Source of the DNA: a candidate division WWE3 bacterium RIFOXYD1_FULL_43_17
GTDB taxonomy: Bacteria; Patescibacteriota; WWE3; UBA101185; UBA10185
Assembly: GCA_001773385.1 (NCBI GenBank)
Contig: MEWJ01000032.1
Coordinates: 1 to 49,280 of the forward strand
Direction of reading: 5' to 3'
Length of the DNA stretch: 49,280 nucleotides
Below are positions 34,373 to 43,338 of this stretch, piece after piece. The notes beneath the pieces were generated by a model, which was not told where the DNA came from, did no database searches, and saw only the letters and a program-made list of their open reading frames with translations. Each line of letters starts with the position of its first letter. Position 1 is the stretch's first letter. The translations under genes and the position numbers were made by a program.

Positions 34373-35736
34373 CTTCTTTTTTCTCTCTTCCAAAGCTTTA
34401 TGTTAAACACACGGGTAAACGTTCCTTCTCTATCGTCCCCGTAACTCAAAAAATCCACCAGAGATCTCATCGCAGTCTTGGGTTTATACAAAACAGTCAT
34501 CGACAGTGCCACGACCATCACAACAATTCTGTAAAACAATCCGGGCTCGCCGAAAGTTCTAATAAGATAAGTTATAGACAAAACGTAGACCAGGTATTGA
34601 AATATCGTCAAATAGTCGGCGTAGTTCGTGTCCAGCATACTTTGAGCGTAACCTTCCTTATGTTCACGTACCTTTTTACCTGCAGCAATGCTTAAATACG
34701 CCAGCACGTCGGTAATAATTATGGCAGGAAAATTTAGGGGGGACGCCGAAGCAAGTACCAGTCCCGTTATCAGTTTCATGGAATGAAGCACAGTAGTCAT
34801 AACAATGTCCGAAACAGGAATTTTTCTTAGGAAGAAAAGGTAAAGCAAGTTTATAACCAAGAACGCCGCCAAAGCTAAAAATAAGACGTTAGATAAAAGG
34901 AGGGCGAAGACGAAAGAAAAGAATAGAAGTATCTTAAAAATTCTTCGTGCGGTTGCTACAGAAACTTCTCCCGAGGCTATAGCTCTTCCGTGTCTTTTTA
35001 CAGGGTGTTTTTTGTCAGATTCCAGGTCACGGATGTCATCCATAATATAAATTGCCCCGTAAAAAATAGGACTGAACAAAAAAGCCGCTAAGAAAATAAA
35101 TCCGACCTCTTTTAAAGTCAGACTAAAATCGTTCGCAAGAAAATATCCGTACACTAGCGGGAACGAACTCAAAATATTTGGAAAAAAGCGTATTAACTTG
35201 GTAAAAACAAATACTTTTTTCAGAAAAACCGGAGTATTTATCTTTTCACGTTTAAAAAGCAGGAACCAGTTAGGATTTATTCTGCCTAACAGTAGCCAGT
35301 CTTCAAAAATATCGTAGGAATAGTGTGTGATCATACCAAGTGTAAAAATGGCCGCTCCGTAATTTTCCTGAACAAAAGCGAAGTATGAGAAGAATACTAC
35401 GGCAATTAAAAGTGTTACGAGGTTATGAGAGTAAATGCCGGTGTTAAACTTGTGATTTTCAATGACAAATTTTTGAAATCCGAGCAGTTGTTTATTCCTG
35501 AGAAAGTGCCTGAGATTTTTAGCGTAGTCGGTTTTGCGTCCGTACGTAAAAATGTAAAACAAGTGGTCGGCGTCGGGTAAAACGGCTCCTACTGCGCCTA
35601 GTAATAATGAAGGTAAAAGTCCGTAACCGGGCTGAAAGTACCAAAATAGATAGCCCGAAACTGCTCCGACAAGAGCATGTAAGGGCATATGAAAGCTATT
35701 ACTTAATTTAGAAAACGACTCTTTACTGATAAACAT
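34369..35736 (-). CDS. Fusion of YdjM-like metal-dependent membrane hydrolase and UbiA-family prenyl/phosphoribosyl transferase
   Basis: N-half H...LPDADH...SHN...HYSYD; C-half YIMDDIRDLESDKKHPVKR..RAIASGEVS; start may be the internal MHMPLH/MPLH. Confidence 0.75.
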   Translation of the reverse strand: MFISKESFSKLSNSFHMPLHALVGAVSGYLFWYFQPGYGLLPSLLLGAVGAVLPDADHLFYIFTYGRKTDYAKNLRHFLRNKQLLGFQKFVIENHKFNTGIYSHNLVTLLIAVVFFSYFAFVQENYGAAIFTLGMITHYSYDIFEDWLLLGRINPNWFLLFKREKINTPVFLKKVFVFTKLIRFFPNILSSFPLVYGYFLANDFSLTLKEVGFIFLAAFLFSPIFYGAIYIMDDIRDLESDKKHPVKRHGRAIASGEVSVATARRIFKILLFFSFVFALLLSNVLFLALAAFLVINLLYLFFLRKIPVSDIVMTTVLHSMKLITGLVLASASPLNFPAIIITDVLAYLSIAAGKKVREHKEGYAQSMLDTNYADYLTIFQYLVYVLSITYLIRTFGEPGLFYRIVVMVVALSMTVLYKPKTAMRSLVDFLSYGDDREGTFTRVFNIKLWKREKRS

Positions 35737-35776
35737 AACGTCATCTATTATACCGTGGGCAGAGGATTACGTGTTT

Positions 35777-36583
35777 TTAGAATATAGGATGAAAACTTTG
35801 ATTCATTTCCTCATCGTAATATTCGGAACCTCCGGAATCTTTTGCGAAGCTATACGCCTGCCCTAGCTTATACGTGTAAACCATTTTTGCGTCGGGAACG
35901 TATTTGAGAACGTAAATATAATTTATCCCGCAAAGTGTTTCAGGCATTTCCAAACCATCTCCTTCTACTCTTACGTCGTACACTTTGTTGTTCGCAGGAG
36001 TACTTGTCATAGTTCCAACTGAGCACCCCGCCCCAAACTGTGTCTGAACAAATGTTTCAAGGTCCTCTTTTGTCGGGACGGTTTTTGCCTGTATGTGCCA
36101 AGATATTTGTTCGACTTTAAGTCCGCTCAATGTATTGGATTTTTTCTCACATCCTCCGAAGTAAGTAACGTTGTTTATAGTCTTCGGGTCGGATAATTCA
36201 TAGATAAACTCGGGGGCGATAAATATGCCGTCGGTGTCCTCAAATATTTTTATGGGTACAGCTGCCGGTTTTGGTCTGTATGAAGTCTCACTTCCTTCGG
36301 TGATTTTTTCGCAGGAACCCTGATGTACGAACACATTTTTTGGATAGTTTATTGAGAACTTAAGGTCGGCGTTTGAATAAGACTTCCACCCTTCAGGCAC
36401 GAGATTATTTTCGATTTGTGTTTCCTCCGGGTCGATTATTTGTGGTCTGGTTACTTTGTCGGCCACTGTATTGGTGCTTACTGCGGTTCCCCCGCCCTCT
36501 TTGGTCAAAATTGCGAAGAGTCCCCCGCCTATAATAACGAGCAAAAAAGCACCGAATATTATCATTAGTGAGTTGTTTCTCAT
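35777..36583 (-). CDS. Membrane-anchored exported protein (PsbP-like N-terminal motif)
   Basis: TM helix; WKSYSNADLKFSINYP motif; four Cys. Confidence 0.7.
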   Translation of the reverse strand: MRNNSLMIIFGAFLLVIIGGGLFAILTKEGGGTAVSTNTVADKVTRPQIIDPEETQIENNLVPEGWKSYSNADLKFSINYPKNVFVHQGSCEKITEGSETSYRPKPAAVPIKIFEDTDGIFIAPEFIYELSDPKTINNVTYFGGCEKKSNTLSGLKVEQISWHIQAKTVPTKEDLETFVQTQFGAGCSVGTMTSTPANNKVYDVRVEGDGLEMPETLCGINYIYVLKYVPDAKMVYTYKLGQAYSFAKDSGGSEYYDEEMNQSFHPIF

Positions 36584-36626
36584 TAGTCTATTTTATTCTT
36601 TTTTTAATAATGGATAAAGGAGCTTT

Positions 36627-36702
36627 TGGTGGGGAGGGTGGGGATCGAACCCACATAGCCGGTTTTTCAGACCGGTGCCTTGACCAACTTGGCTACCGCC
36701 CC
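36627..36702 (-). tRNA. tRNA-Phe(GAA)
   Basis: CCGGT-CTGAAAA-ACCGG anticodon arm, GTGGG-TTCGATC-CCCAC T-arm, CCA; one acceptor mismatch. Confidence 0.85.
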
Positions 36703-36726
36703 ACGCCGAGCAACTAACAAATTTTC

Positions 36727-36802
<76 letters not shown>

Positions 36803-36871
36803 GTGCAACGTTATTATAAAGGAGGGTATCTAAAAATCAACAACTACGGCCTAAACGACACCACCGACTGT

Positions 36872-38536
36872 TTACCAGCTACCGCCACCACCGCCTCCGC
36901 CACCACCGCCACTAGAACCTCCTGAAAATCCACTGCTAAAGCCCGAAGAGCTCCTGGATGACGCGCTGGCGCTGTGAAACGAGTTATTTACGACAGAATT
37001 CATTACGGCCAGCCTTGTAAGATCGTCGCCCTGATACCATTCAGGATTGCCGGTAAATAGGTCTTTAAACCGTTTGAGCCAGACATCCTCCACTCCAAAG
37101 GCTGTTGCGTAAGGTAAAAGTTTCTCAAAAAACATCATTTCCTGGGCTTGAAAATCAAACTGCGGGTCCTGACTAACTAAAAAATTCTTCAATGAGACTG
37201 CTTCAGAGTAGGTTTGAATTCCCGAGTCAGGCCTTCTCGGACTTTTTCTTCCCCATATAAAGGACACCACGGCTAAAAAAACATTTCCGATAAAAAATGA
37301 CATTATCGCCAGGGCCAAATATCCACCCGACGTGTTCACAGGATTGGATTTGAAAATCCCGTTCTTTTTCAGATAATCTCCTGCATTAGTTGCGAGTGAG
37401 GTTCCTGCAATCCCAAACTTTTCATTTTTACTCAGTTCTTTTGTGGATACCTCTAAATCGTTCTCGGAAAAAATTGCGTTATAAATATCCTTTTCATATT
37501 TTCTTAATAAATCGTCGTCGGACTTTTCGGTTTTAGTAAAAATAAATTCTTTTTTCTCTTTTTGCGTAATTTTTAAATAGCCCCGTTGCGCCAGAGAAAT
37601 TATTGTTGCGGGGACAGCCTTATCTCCGGCAGTTACATCCGCAGTTATTGCTGTTTCCACAGGAGTCAAAGATTCACCGTCGGCAGTTTTAGGAGGAGAG
37701 AACCAGGCGGCTACTATTCTTGCAGTGTCCCTAACATGCTTTTTTTCACGCAGCCACTTAATTAGCAAGAAAATCGGCAAAAAGGCGTAAAAACAAGCCG
37801 CTACAATGCCCGCCAAGGCCATTAAAATCACCTGGACGATAGAAGGTTTGTCCTCAGCGGGCTCTAATACTGTTGCGTAGCCTTTAGGAAATTTTACTGC
37901 AAAAGTGAAAGCTTCTCCGGGGTTAATCCGGCTGGTTCCGAAAGTTATACCGTTTTGTAACCTATTTACCGTACAAGCTTTGTTGGTACTTCCTACAGGA
38001 CCTGTGTAACATACCCCATCCAGTTCTCCTTCTCCAAAGTTCTGTTCAAAATTAACAGAAACCATTGCGATATTTATGGGTATTTCCCAGCCACTTCCTA
38101 CCCCGTTCCAGTAGAACTCATCGTATGTTTCAAAGTAAGTAAGACCTCCCCTGACCAAGTAGGAGATAACGTATACGTGTTGTCCGGTAATAGTTGCATT
38201 AGGATCGCCTACCTTAAGCATTAAATCGTTTCCGGACTTGGTTGTGGTGTATTTATAATCGTTTCTTTTTTCGTCTGTAATTTTTCCCACTTTTATGTCC
38301 ATAACATAAGACTTTCCGTCCTGATTTACTTTTTTGTAGGGAATGTATCTAAAAATTCCGTGGCGTTGTTCATTACCGAAATCGTACAGAATAGTTTCCG
38401 TAATGTTTACGGATCCGTCTCTATTTACGAGTGCGTCAAATTGTAGGGTGTGGATTAATTCCTGGGCAGAAGCGCGCGCTGAGAAAAAAATGCACAGACT
38501 AGCCAACAGTACAGAAATTTTAAGTATTGTCCTCAT
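36872..38536 (-). CDS. DUF2207 membrane protein
   Basis: DGSVNITETI.YDF....HGIFRYIP, EFYWN, LPYATAFGV, terminal SGGGGGGGGGGSW. Confidence 0.9.
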   Translation of the reverse strand: MRTILKISVLLASLCIFFSARASAQELIHTLQFDALVNRDGSVNITETILYDFGNEQRHGIFRYIPYKKVNQDGKSYVMDIKVGKITDEKRNDYKYTTTKSGNDLMLKVGDPNATITGQHVYVISYLVRGGLTYFETYDEFYWNGVGSGWEIPINIAMVSVNFEQNFGEGELDGVCYTGPVGSTNKACTVNRLQNGITFGTSRINPGEAFTFAVKFPKGYATVLEPAEDKPSIVQVILMALAGIVAACFYAFLPIFLLIKWLREKKHVRDTARIVAAWFSPPKTADGESLTPVETAITADVTAGDKAVPATIISLAQRGYLKITQKEKKEFIFTKTEKSDDDLLRKYEKDIYNAIFSENDLEVSTKELSKNEKFGIAGTSLATNAGDYLKKNGIFKSNPVNTSGGYLALAIMSFFIGNVFLAVVSFIWGRKSPRRPDSGIQTYSEAVSLKNFLVSQDPQFDFQAQEMMFFEKLLPYATAFGVEDVWLKRFKDLFTGNPEWYQGDDLTRLAVMNSVVNNSFHSASASSRSSSGFSSGFSGGSSGGGGGGGGGGSW

Positions 38537-38549
38537 ATATCTTTATAAA

Positions 38550-38636
38550 TGGTGGGCGAGACAGGACTTGAACCTGCACCGGTTTTACCCGACAACGACC
38601 TCAACGTTGCGCGTATACCAATTCCGCCACTCGCCC
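38550..38636 (-). tRNA. tRNA-Leu(GAG)
   Basis: CAACG-TTGAGGT-CGTTG anticodon arm, long variable arm, CCA. Confidence 0.96.
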
Positions 38637-38689
38637 AAACAGAAGGAATTATACCAGAATAGTCCCTATTTAATCACTAGATTAAAATC

Positions 38690-39148
38690 CTATTTAATCA
38701 CTATTTCTTCTGCCCCTATGACTGTTGATTCTGCGTAACCCCAAGTTAAATTGCCCTTAATTTCTACGTGCTGACCGTCGAAGACATCCATCCCTTCCAC
38801 CTCACGTGCAGGAGGATTGACTTGTAGCTTATCTACATCCATAGGTATTCCACGGGCGTTCTCTTCGAGAAGATACGGCTCATCAAAATAGAGCCAATAC
38901 CAATAATCACCTAAGTCCAGTTCAGCGGGTATTGCCTCCTTTTTAAGAGTTCCTACAAAGGTCTCCAAAGCAACCGGAGTTTCTACGGGCGTTACGTCAT
39001 CTACGGTCTCCGAAACACTCCCGTTAAGATTTTTCTCAATACCTTGAAGTCTGTTTTCAAGACCCCTGAGGTAGAAGAAATTGTAGAAGGAAATAAATAG
39101 GGCACCGAATGCCAAAGCAATAACCAAGGCGGTTTTTATGTTTTTCAT
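38690..39148 (-). CDS. Membrane-anchored hypothetical protein (OB-fold-like C-terminus)
   Basis: True start MKNIKTAL at 39148 (upstream extension is tRNA-Leu); TM helix. Confidence 0.75.
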   Translation of the reverse strand: MKNIKTALVIALAFGALFISFYNFFYLRGLENRLQGIEKNLNGSVSETVDDVTPVETPVALETFVGTLKKEAIPAELDLGDYWYWLYFDEPYLLEENARGIPMDVDKLQVNPPAREVEGMDVFDGQHVEIKGNLTWGYAESTVIGAEEIVIK

Positions 39149-39168
39149 CTTTTTATTAAACCAATTAC

Positions 39169-39253
39169 TGGTGCCAGAGGTGGGACTCGAACCCACACAC
39201 CTTGCGATACAGCCTTCTGAAGACTGCGCGTCTGCCAATTTCGCCACTCTGGC
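39169..39253 (-). tRNA. tRNA-Leu(CAG)
   Basis: CAGTC-TTCAGAA-GGCTG anticodon arm, long variable arm, CCA. Confidence 0.96.
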
Positions 39254-39295
39254 CTGCAATAATCAGATTATATAGCATTTGGAGGGTTATCAACA

Positions 39296-39340
39296 GAAAA
39301 AGAAAAGGCCCAAAGCTTTTTATAATTTATGCTTTGGGCC
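39296..39340 (-). terminator. Rho-independent terminator
   Basis: GGCCCAAAGC/GCTTTGGGCC 10-bp stem then T-tract on minus strand. Confidence 0.65.
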
Positions 39341-39352
39341 AATCAGTGGGTC

Positions 39353-39526
39353 TTAGTTCGGGTTCGGCCGTAGGGGGAACCGGCGCTTTCTGTGTCGCTC
39401 TACAGGATTGTTGAGACATTTGCTGGTGACGTTGTTACCTTTAATGTAGCTACCTTTTACCGGCCAATCTGGTTTGTTGCCGTTACCTGGATTTTGTATC
39501 TTCTTGAATCCCACGCTAAATGTCAT
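39353..39526 (-). CDS. Small basic protein (57 aa), not in ORF track
   Basis: MTFSVGFKKIQNPGNGNKPDWPVKGSYIKGNNVTSKCLNNPVERHRKRRFPLRPNPN; SD AAGGGGAG; terminator follows. Confidence 0.55.
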   Translation of the reverse strand: MTFSVGFKKIQNPGNGNKPDWPVKGSYIKGNNVTSKCLNNPVERHRKRRFPLRPNPN

Positions 39527-39695
39527 CCTACTCCCCTTTCCTAATAAGATTTTTTAGACGGACCCACTTATCTAGGGATATTAATACTCCCGGTGATTTA
39601 TAGCAATAATTTTTGTTGGGACGGTTTAAGCTAAATTGTCTTTCCACATTTTTATTGGTATTATCGGGATAAATCATAATGAGGAGGAGGGTGAT

Positions 39696-40109
39696 ATGAA
39701 GGTAACTAGGAGTATGGAGCAATCGGATGCAGAATTGGTTGCCAGTACGTTGAACGAGAAATACCCTAGGCTACAAATTGTTAGCGAAAAGTGGCCGCGG
39801 GCAATTCTAGAGGACTGGGGTTTTGCGGAATGGGAAGACACCAGGGTTTGTTTTCTTGAAGTTACATTTCAGCCACAATTTGGGACGCCTAAGCTCAAGG
39901 CATCGCTCAAAGGGCACGTTGAGATCGGCGAGCTAACCATTGAATTTAGAGATTTCGATCCTTCCGCGTGCTCCACAGGAACTGCCTGCCAAAAACTTCT
40001 TAAGCTCCTGACCGCTTTGGCAAAGGATGTGTTAATACGGACCCGGCACAAATTCTATGTCGACGGTTCCGACGTAAGAGCTCCTATTGAGTCCATTCAG
40101 GTTATCTAG
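39696..40109 (+). CDS. Hypothetical protein
   Basis: SD GAGGAGGAGG before ATG 39696; hairpin + T-tract follows. Confidence 0.7.
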   Translation: MKVTRSMEQSDAELVASTLNEKYPRLQIVSEKWPRAILEDWGFAEWEDTRVCFLEVTFQPQFGTPKLKASLKGHVEIGELTIEFRDFDPSACSTGTACQKLLKLLTALAKDVLIRTRHKFYVDGSDVRAPIESIQVI

Positions 40110-40215
40110 TTTCTGAGGCTCACATTTTTGCTAAAAGCAGACTTGTGGGCCATTTTTTTAAAAAAAAGCCACCTTAGTTTTTTAAACCTCGGTGGCTACT
40201 TAATGTAAAACTTTA

Positions 40216-40725
40216 TCATCCTATCCCCACAATAACTTCGGGTTGCATCCTAAGCAGGTCGGAGATGGTAAGTGTGCCGCAAACGTATTTTTTGAGCACG
40301 TCGTTCCGTAATCCCAGTCCGCCGGGGTTTTGCATAATCTCCAATTCAGTAGCATTTTGCCTTCTCATAAATGCTGCAGGATCGCATAAGACTATTTCAG
40401 CCAACTCTATATCGCTGCAGAGAGTGTCTTCTATAGCTTTTGACGTTTCTTCACGGCTGAAATAACCATACGAACACTCAGGCTTTGCATCCAGGATTTT
40501 GCGGGAATAGTTAAAATACCTGCAATGGTGCAAAAATCGAAGTCTGGCCTTCATCACAGTCTCAAGAGTCACCTTTTGGTTAAGAAGATCTTTCAAAATA
40601 TCAGGCACGGCCATGATAAATGATTTCGTTACTTCCTGTACTTTGTAAGGTTGGCATGTAACATCGGGGCTTCTGGCTACACGTTCCCAAATCTCACTAC
40701 CTGTTACAGTTCCGGTCGTGAACAT
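40216..40725 (-). CDS. Hypothetical protein
   Basis: SD AGGAGG; AGCCACC/GGTGGCT terminator hairpin at about 40167-40198. Confidence 0.7.
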   Translation of the reverse strand: MFTTGTVTGSEIWERVARSPDVTCQPYKVQEVTKSFIMAVPDILKDLLNQKVTLETVMKARLRFLHHCRYFNYSRKILDAKPECSYGYFSREETSKAIEDTLCSDIELAEIVLCDPAAFMRRQNATELEIMQNPGGLGLRNDVLKKYVCGTLTISDLLRMQPEVIVGIG

Positions 40726-40937
40726 TTTTCCTCCTAATTTTGTCGGAAAATGCAGAATAGATTATGGATTTGGAATAATTGTAACAAGGTTTGGATTTGG
40801 GGAATAGCGTTAATGTTTAAAAAGGCCAAAAGCCGGCAAAAAAATAACCCCTCGCATAGTCAACTATTACAGGTGTTAACTATTTGAGGGGCTTTGGAGG
40901 AGCAAATTTGCTTTAGAAAAAAAGCAATATGTTGCCC

Positions 40938-41405
40938 CTACTTGCAAAGCTGAAAGTGTGCCCAGTTAATTAAATGACCGCTACCATTTAACTGGATCAA
41001 TTCGCCTTGCACTTTAGATACGTTCCCGGCATCCGGAAAACTTTCTCGTATTGAGTCAGGAACAGCACATACATAATCTCCGACATGAAACGGATTTCCA
41101 AGCATCCAAACTTCTGAAAGTTCCATTTCCAACGGCTGAAACCATTCATGGTCGAACACGTAGGTACTACCATCGTTATACTCAATACGGACAAGATCGC
41201 GTGTAATATCAACGACCTTTCCACCTTGAATTGCAATGGCAACGTGTTCAGGATAATGGCTTTCTACATAATCCTTATTAGGATATATAGTCTGACCAAT
41301 TTGGAAGGGATTTGTTTCCTGCTCACTTGAACCGGAGCAACTAGGAAAAGACATTACCAAAATAACGACAACGACAACAGAGCAAAAAACATTTGTTTTC
41401 ATCAT
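40938..41405 (-). CDS. Putative lipoprotein/exported protein with two SH3/KOW-like repeats
   Basis: Hydrophobic leader ending FPSC; NPFQIGQTI... and NPFHVGDYV... repeats. Confidence 0.65.
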   Translation of the reverse strand: MMKTNVFCSVVVVVILVMSFPSCSGSSEQETNPFQIGQTIYPNKDYVESHYPEHVAIAIQGGKVVDITRDLVRIEYNDGSTYVFDHEWFQPLEMELSEVWMLGNPFHVGDYVCAVPDSIRESFPDAGNVSKVQGELIQLNGSGHLINWAHFQLCK

Positions 41406-41499
41406 TATCTCCAGTACAAAAATGTGTTGTTTGGATTAATTTGAACAGGGTAATTCTAGCGCAAAAACTAACTTTTGTCAAACTATAGGTTATAATATA

Positions 41500-41574
41500 T
41501 GGTGAGGACGGAGGGATTCGAACCCTCGACAAATCGGTTAAGAGCCGATTGCTCTACCACTGAGCTACGTCCCC
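41500..41574 (-). tRNA. tRNA-Lys(CUU)
   Basis: ATCGG-CTCTTAA-CCGAT anticodon arm, CCA. Confidence 0.96.
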
Positions 41575-41590
41575 AGGCTGCGTAATTATA

Positions 41591-42091
41591 CTACAAGGCT
41601 TTACTAGCAAAAGCAGTTTCTACCCATTTTCCGAGGAAAAAAGTGATTACCACTACCGCAAACCCTACCAGTAGATGTTCTGCCATCACCTCGTAGCGGT
41701 TTTGACCGGTCCTGTGAGAAATTCTAAGGCTTAGTAGAATCAAAACTAACGCCGAATAGACCACACTTACTATCACCGCTTGGGCTATAGGCAAAAATAT
41801 AAAGGGAATTAAAAACGAAAGTCCGATTAGAAGTTTTGTTACAAATGTGGAAATAGTGATATTGCGCACGTCTCTAGCAACGGGGTGTCTCTTCGATTCT
41901 TCCGAAATGTGTTCTCCCAGAGCATCAGAAAGTGCATCGGCGACACTGACCGTAACTATACCTCCGATAATTGCTAGTCTGTCTGACGATGCGGAATAAA
42001 GTCCTACAATCATACCTAGCGTAGTAATAACCCCGGAGGCTGAGCCAAATCCGAATCCCGCCATTAAAGAATCAGTGATTTTTAGTTTCAT
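41591..42091 (-). CDS. VIT1/CCC1-like membrane protein
   Basis: FGSASGVITTLG, VADALSDALGEHISEES, multiple TM helices. Confidence 0.75.
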   Translation of the reverse strand: MKLKITDSLMAGFGFGSASGVITTLGMIVGLYSASSDRLAIIGGIVTVSVADALSDALGEHISEESKRHPVARDVRNITISTFVTKLLIGLSFLIPFIFLPIAQAVIVSVVYSALVLILLSLRISHRTGQNRYEVMAEHLLVGFAVVVITFFLGKWVETAFASKAL

Positions 42092-42183
42092 AGATTAAAT
42101 TATATTTTATGGGGCGGTTTAAGCAAGAAAAAGAAAAACGGACATACGGAGTGTTAAATTTTCCGGATGCCCGTTTACTACTG

Positions 42184-42387
42184 CTAGAGATGCAATTTCC
42201 CGTCTTCATCGAACTTAACCTCGTTTTTACCAATCATCAGACCTAGTGTAGACTCTATGAAGGGTTCGAGATCCGGAAGTTTCATATCATTGTAGACTTG
42301 GCGTATCAATAGTTCTCTTTCCATCGGGCCTTCCTCTTTCAACAACATCCTAATTGCCTGTTCTACGAATAGCATACTATTGGGCAT
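42184..42387 (-). CDS. Small winged-helix-like protein
   Basis: Three short helices and a beta-hairpin pattern; SD AAGGAGAGG; terminator hairpin at about 42136-42176. Confidence 0.6.
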   Translation of the reverse strand: MPNSMLFVEQAIRMLLKEEGPMERELLIRQVYNDMKLPDLEPFIESTLGLMIGKNEVKFDEDGKLHL

Positions 42388-42512
42388 ATTACCTCTCCTT
42401 TTCTAGTTGTTGGGATTGTATATGAAAAAGCCCCGTGTATCAAACCGGGCGGCAACATAAATAAAAAAAGCTACCACCAAAATCTTTGCAGAATTTTGAC
42501 GGTAGCGTAAAA

Positions 42513-43133
42513 CTAGCTCTGTATCTTTAAGGCTTTAATGACGATTGCCTTGACTCTGGCTTGAATTTGCTCAATCGAGGCTTCGCCATCGATGACTCTC
42601 CACAGTTTAGGATCCATTTCGGCGAGTGTGAGATACGCGTTGCGGACTTTCTTATGAAATCTTAACGTTTCTCCATCCAGCCGGTTCATTTCATTCTGGT
42701 CCTTTTTTCTTGCAAGACCGATTTCAGGAGAAATATCAAGTAAGATAACCAAGTCCGGTGTTGTGTCACCTACAGCAAAGTCTGTGAGTGTTTCTACCAA
42801 CTCGGTGGACTGCCTTCTTCCTACACCTTGATACGCGTAGGTTGAGTAGAAACTCCGGTCCGACAAAACAATCTTGCCTTGGTCCAATGCGGGTCTTGTT
42901 ACAGTTCTAATTTGCTGCGCCCTTGAAGCCGAGAACAAAAATACTTCTGTAATGCCGAGAATGTCCAAGTCCTTACGGTTTAGTAGGATGTCTCTAATTG
43001 CTTTACCTACGTCGGTTCCTCCGGGCTCAACGATGTCTAATACATCAAGTCCCATACTCTCAAGACATTGTTTTAAAAGGCATATCTGTGTGCCTTTTCC
43101 GGAGCCTTCTCCTCCTTCAAAAGCGATTAGCAT
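42513..43133 (-). CDS. tmk: Thymidylate kinase
   Basis: IAFEGGEGSGKGTQ P-loop, EPGG, LFSASRAQ, SDR..YSTYAYQG, PDLVILLD. Confidence 0.95.
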   Translation of the reverse strand: MLIAFEGGEGSGKGTQICLLKQCLESMGLDVLDIVEPGGTDVGKAIRDILLNRKDLDILGITEVFLFSASRAQQIRTVTRPALDQGKIVLSDRSFYSTYAYQGVGRRQSTELVETLTDFAVGDTTPDLVILLDISPEIGLARKKDQNEMNRLDGETLRFHKKVRNAYLTLAEMDPKLWRVIDGEASIEQIQARVKAIVIKALKIQS

Positions 43134-43338
43134 TTTTCCCTCCTTAGTTAGTTATTTGGACGCTGCTGAGATATTAGCAAAAAGAAGGAGTTTTTAAAAT
43201 AGAACTTAGCGGTAAAAATTGGATAACTTACCCCTGTCTAGCATATTAGAAATTACTTATTCTTAAATACTAAAAAATACTTTAAAACGACTTAACTTTC
43301 TGTATACAAAAAGTATTAGTTAGTATTAGTATTATATT

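Noticed and set aside
36880-36920. CCACCGCC simple repeat
   Set aside because: Encodes the normal poly-Gly tail of DUF2207 proteins.
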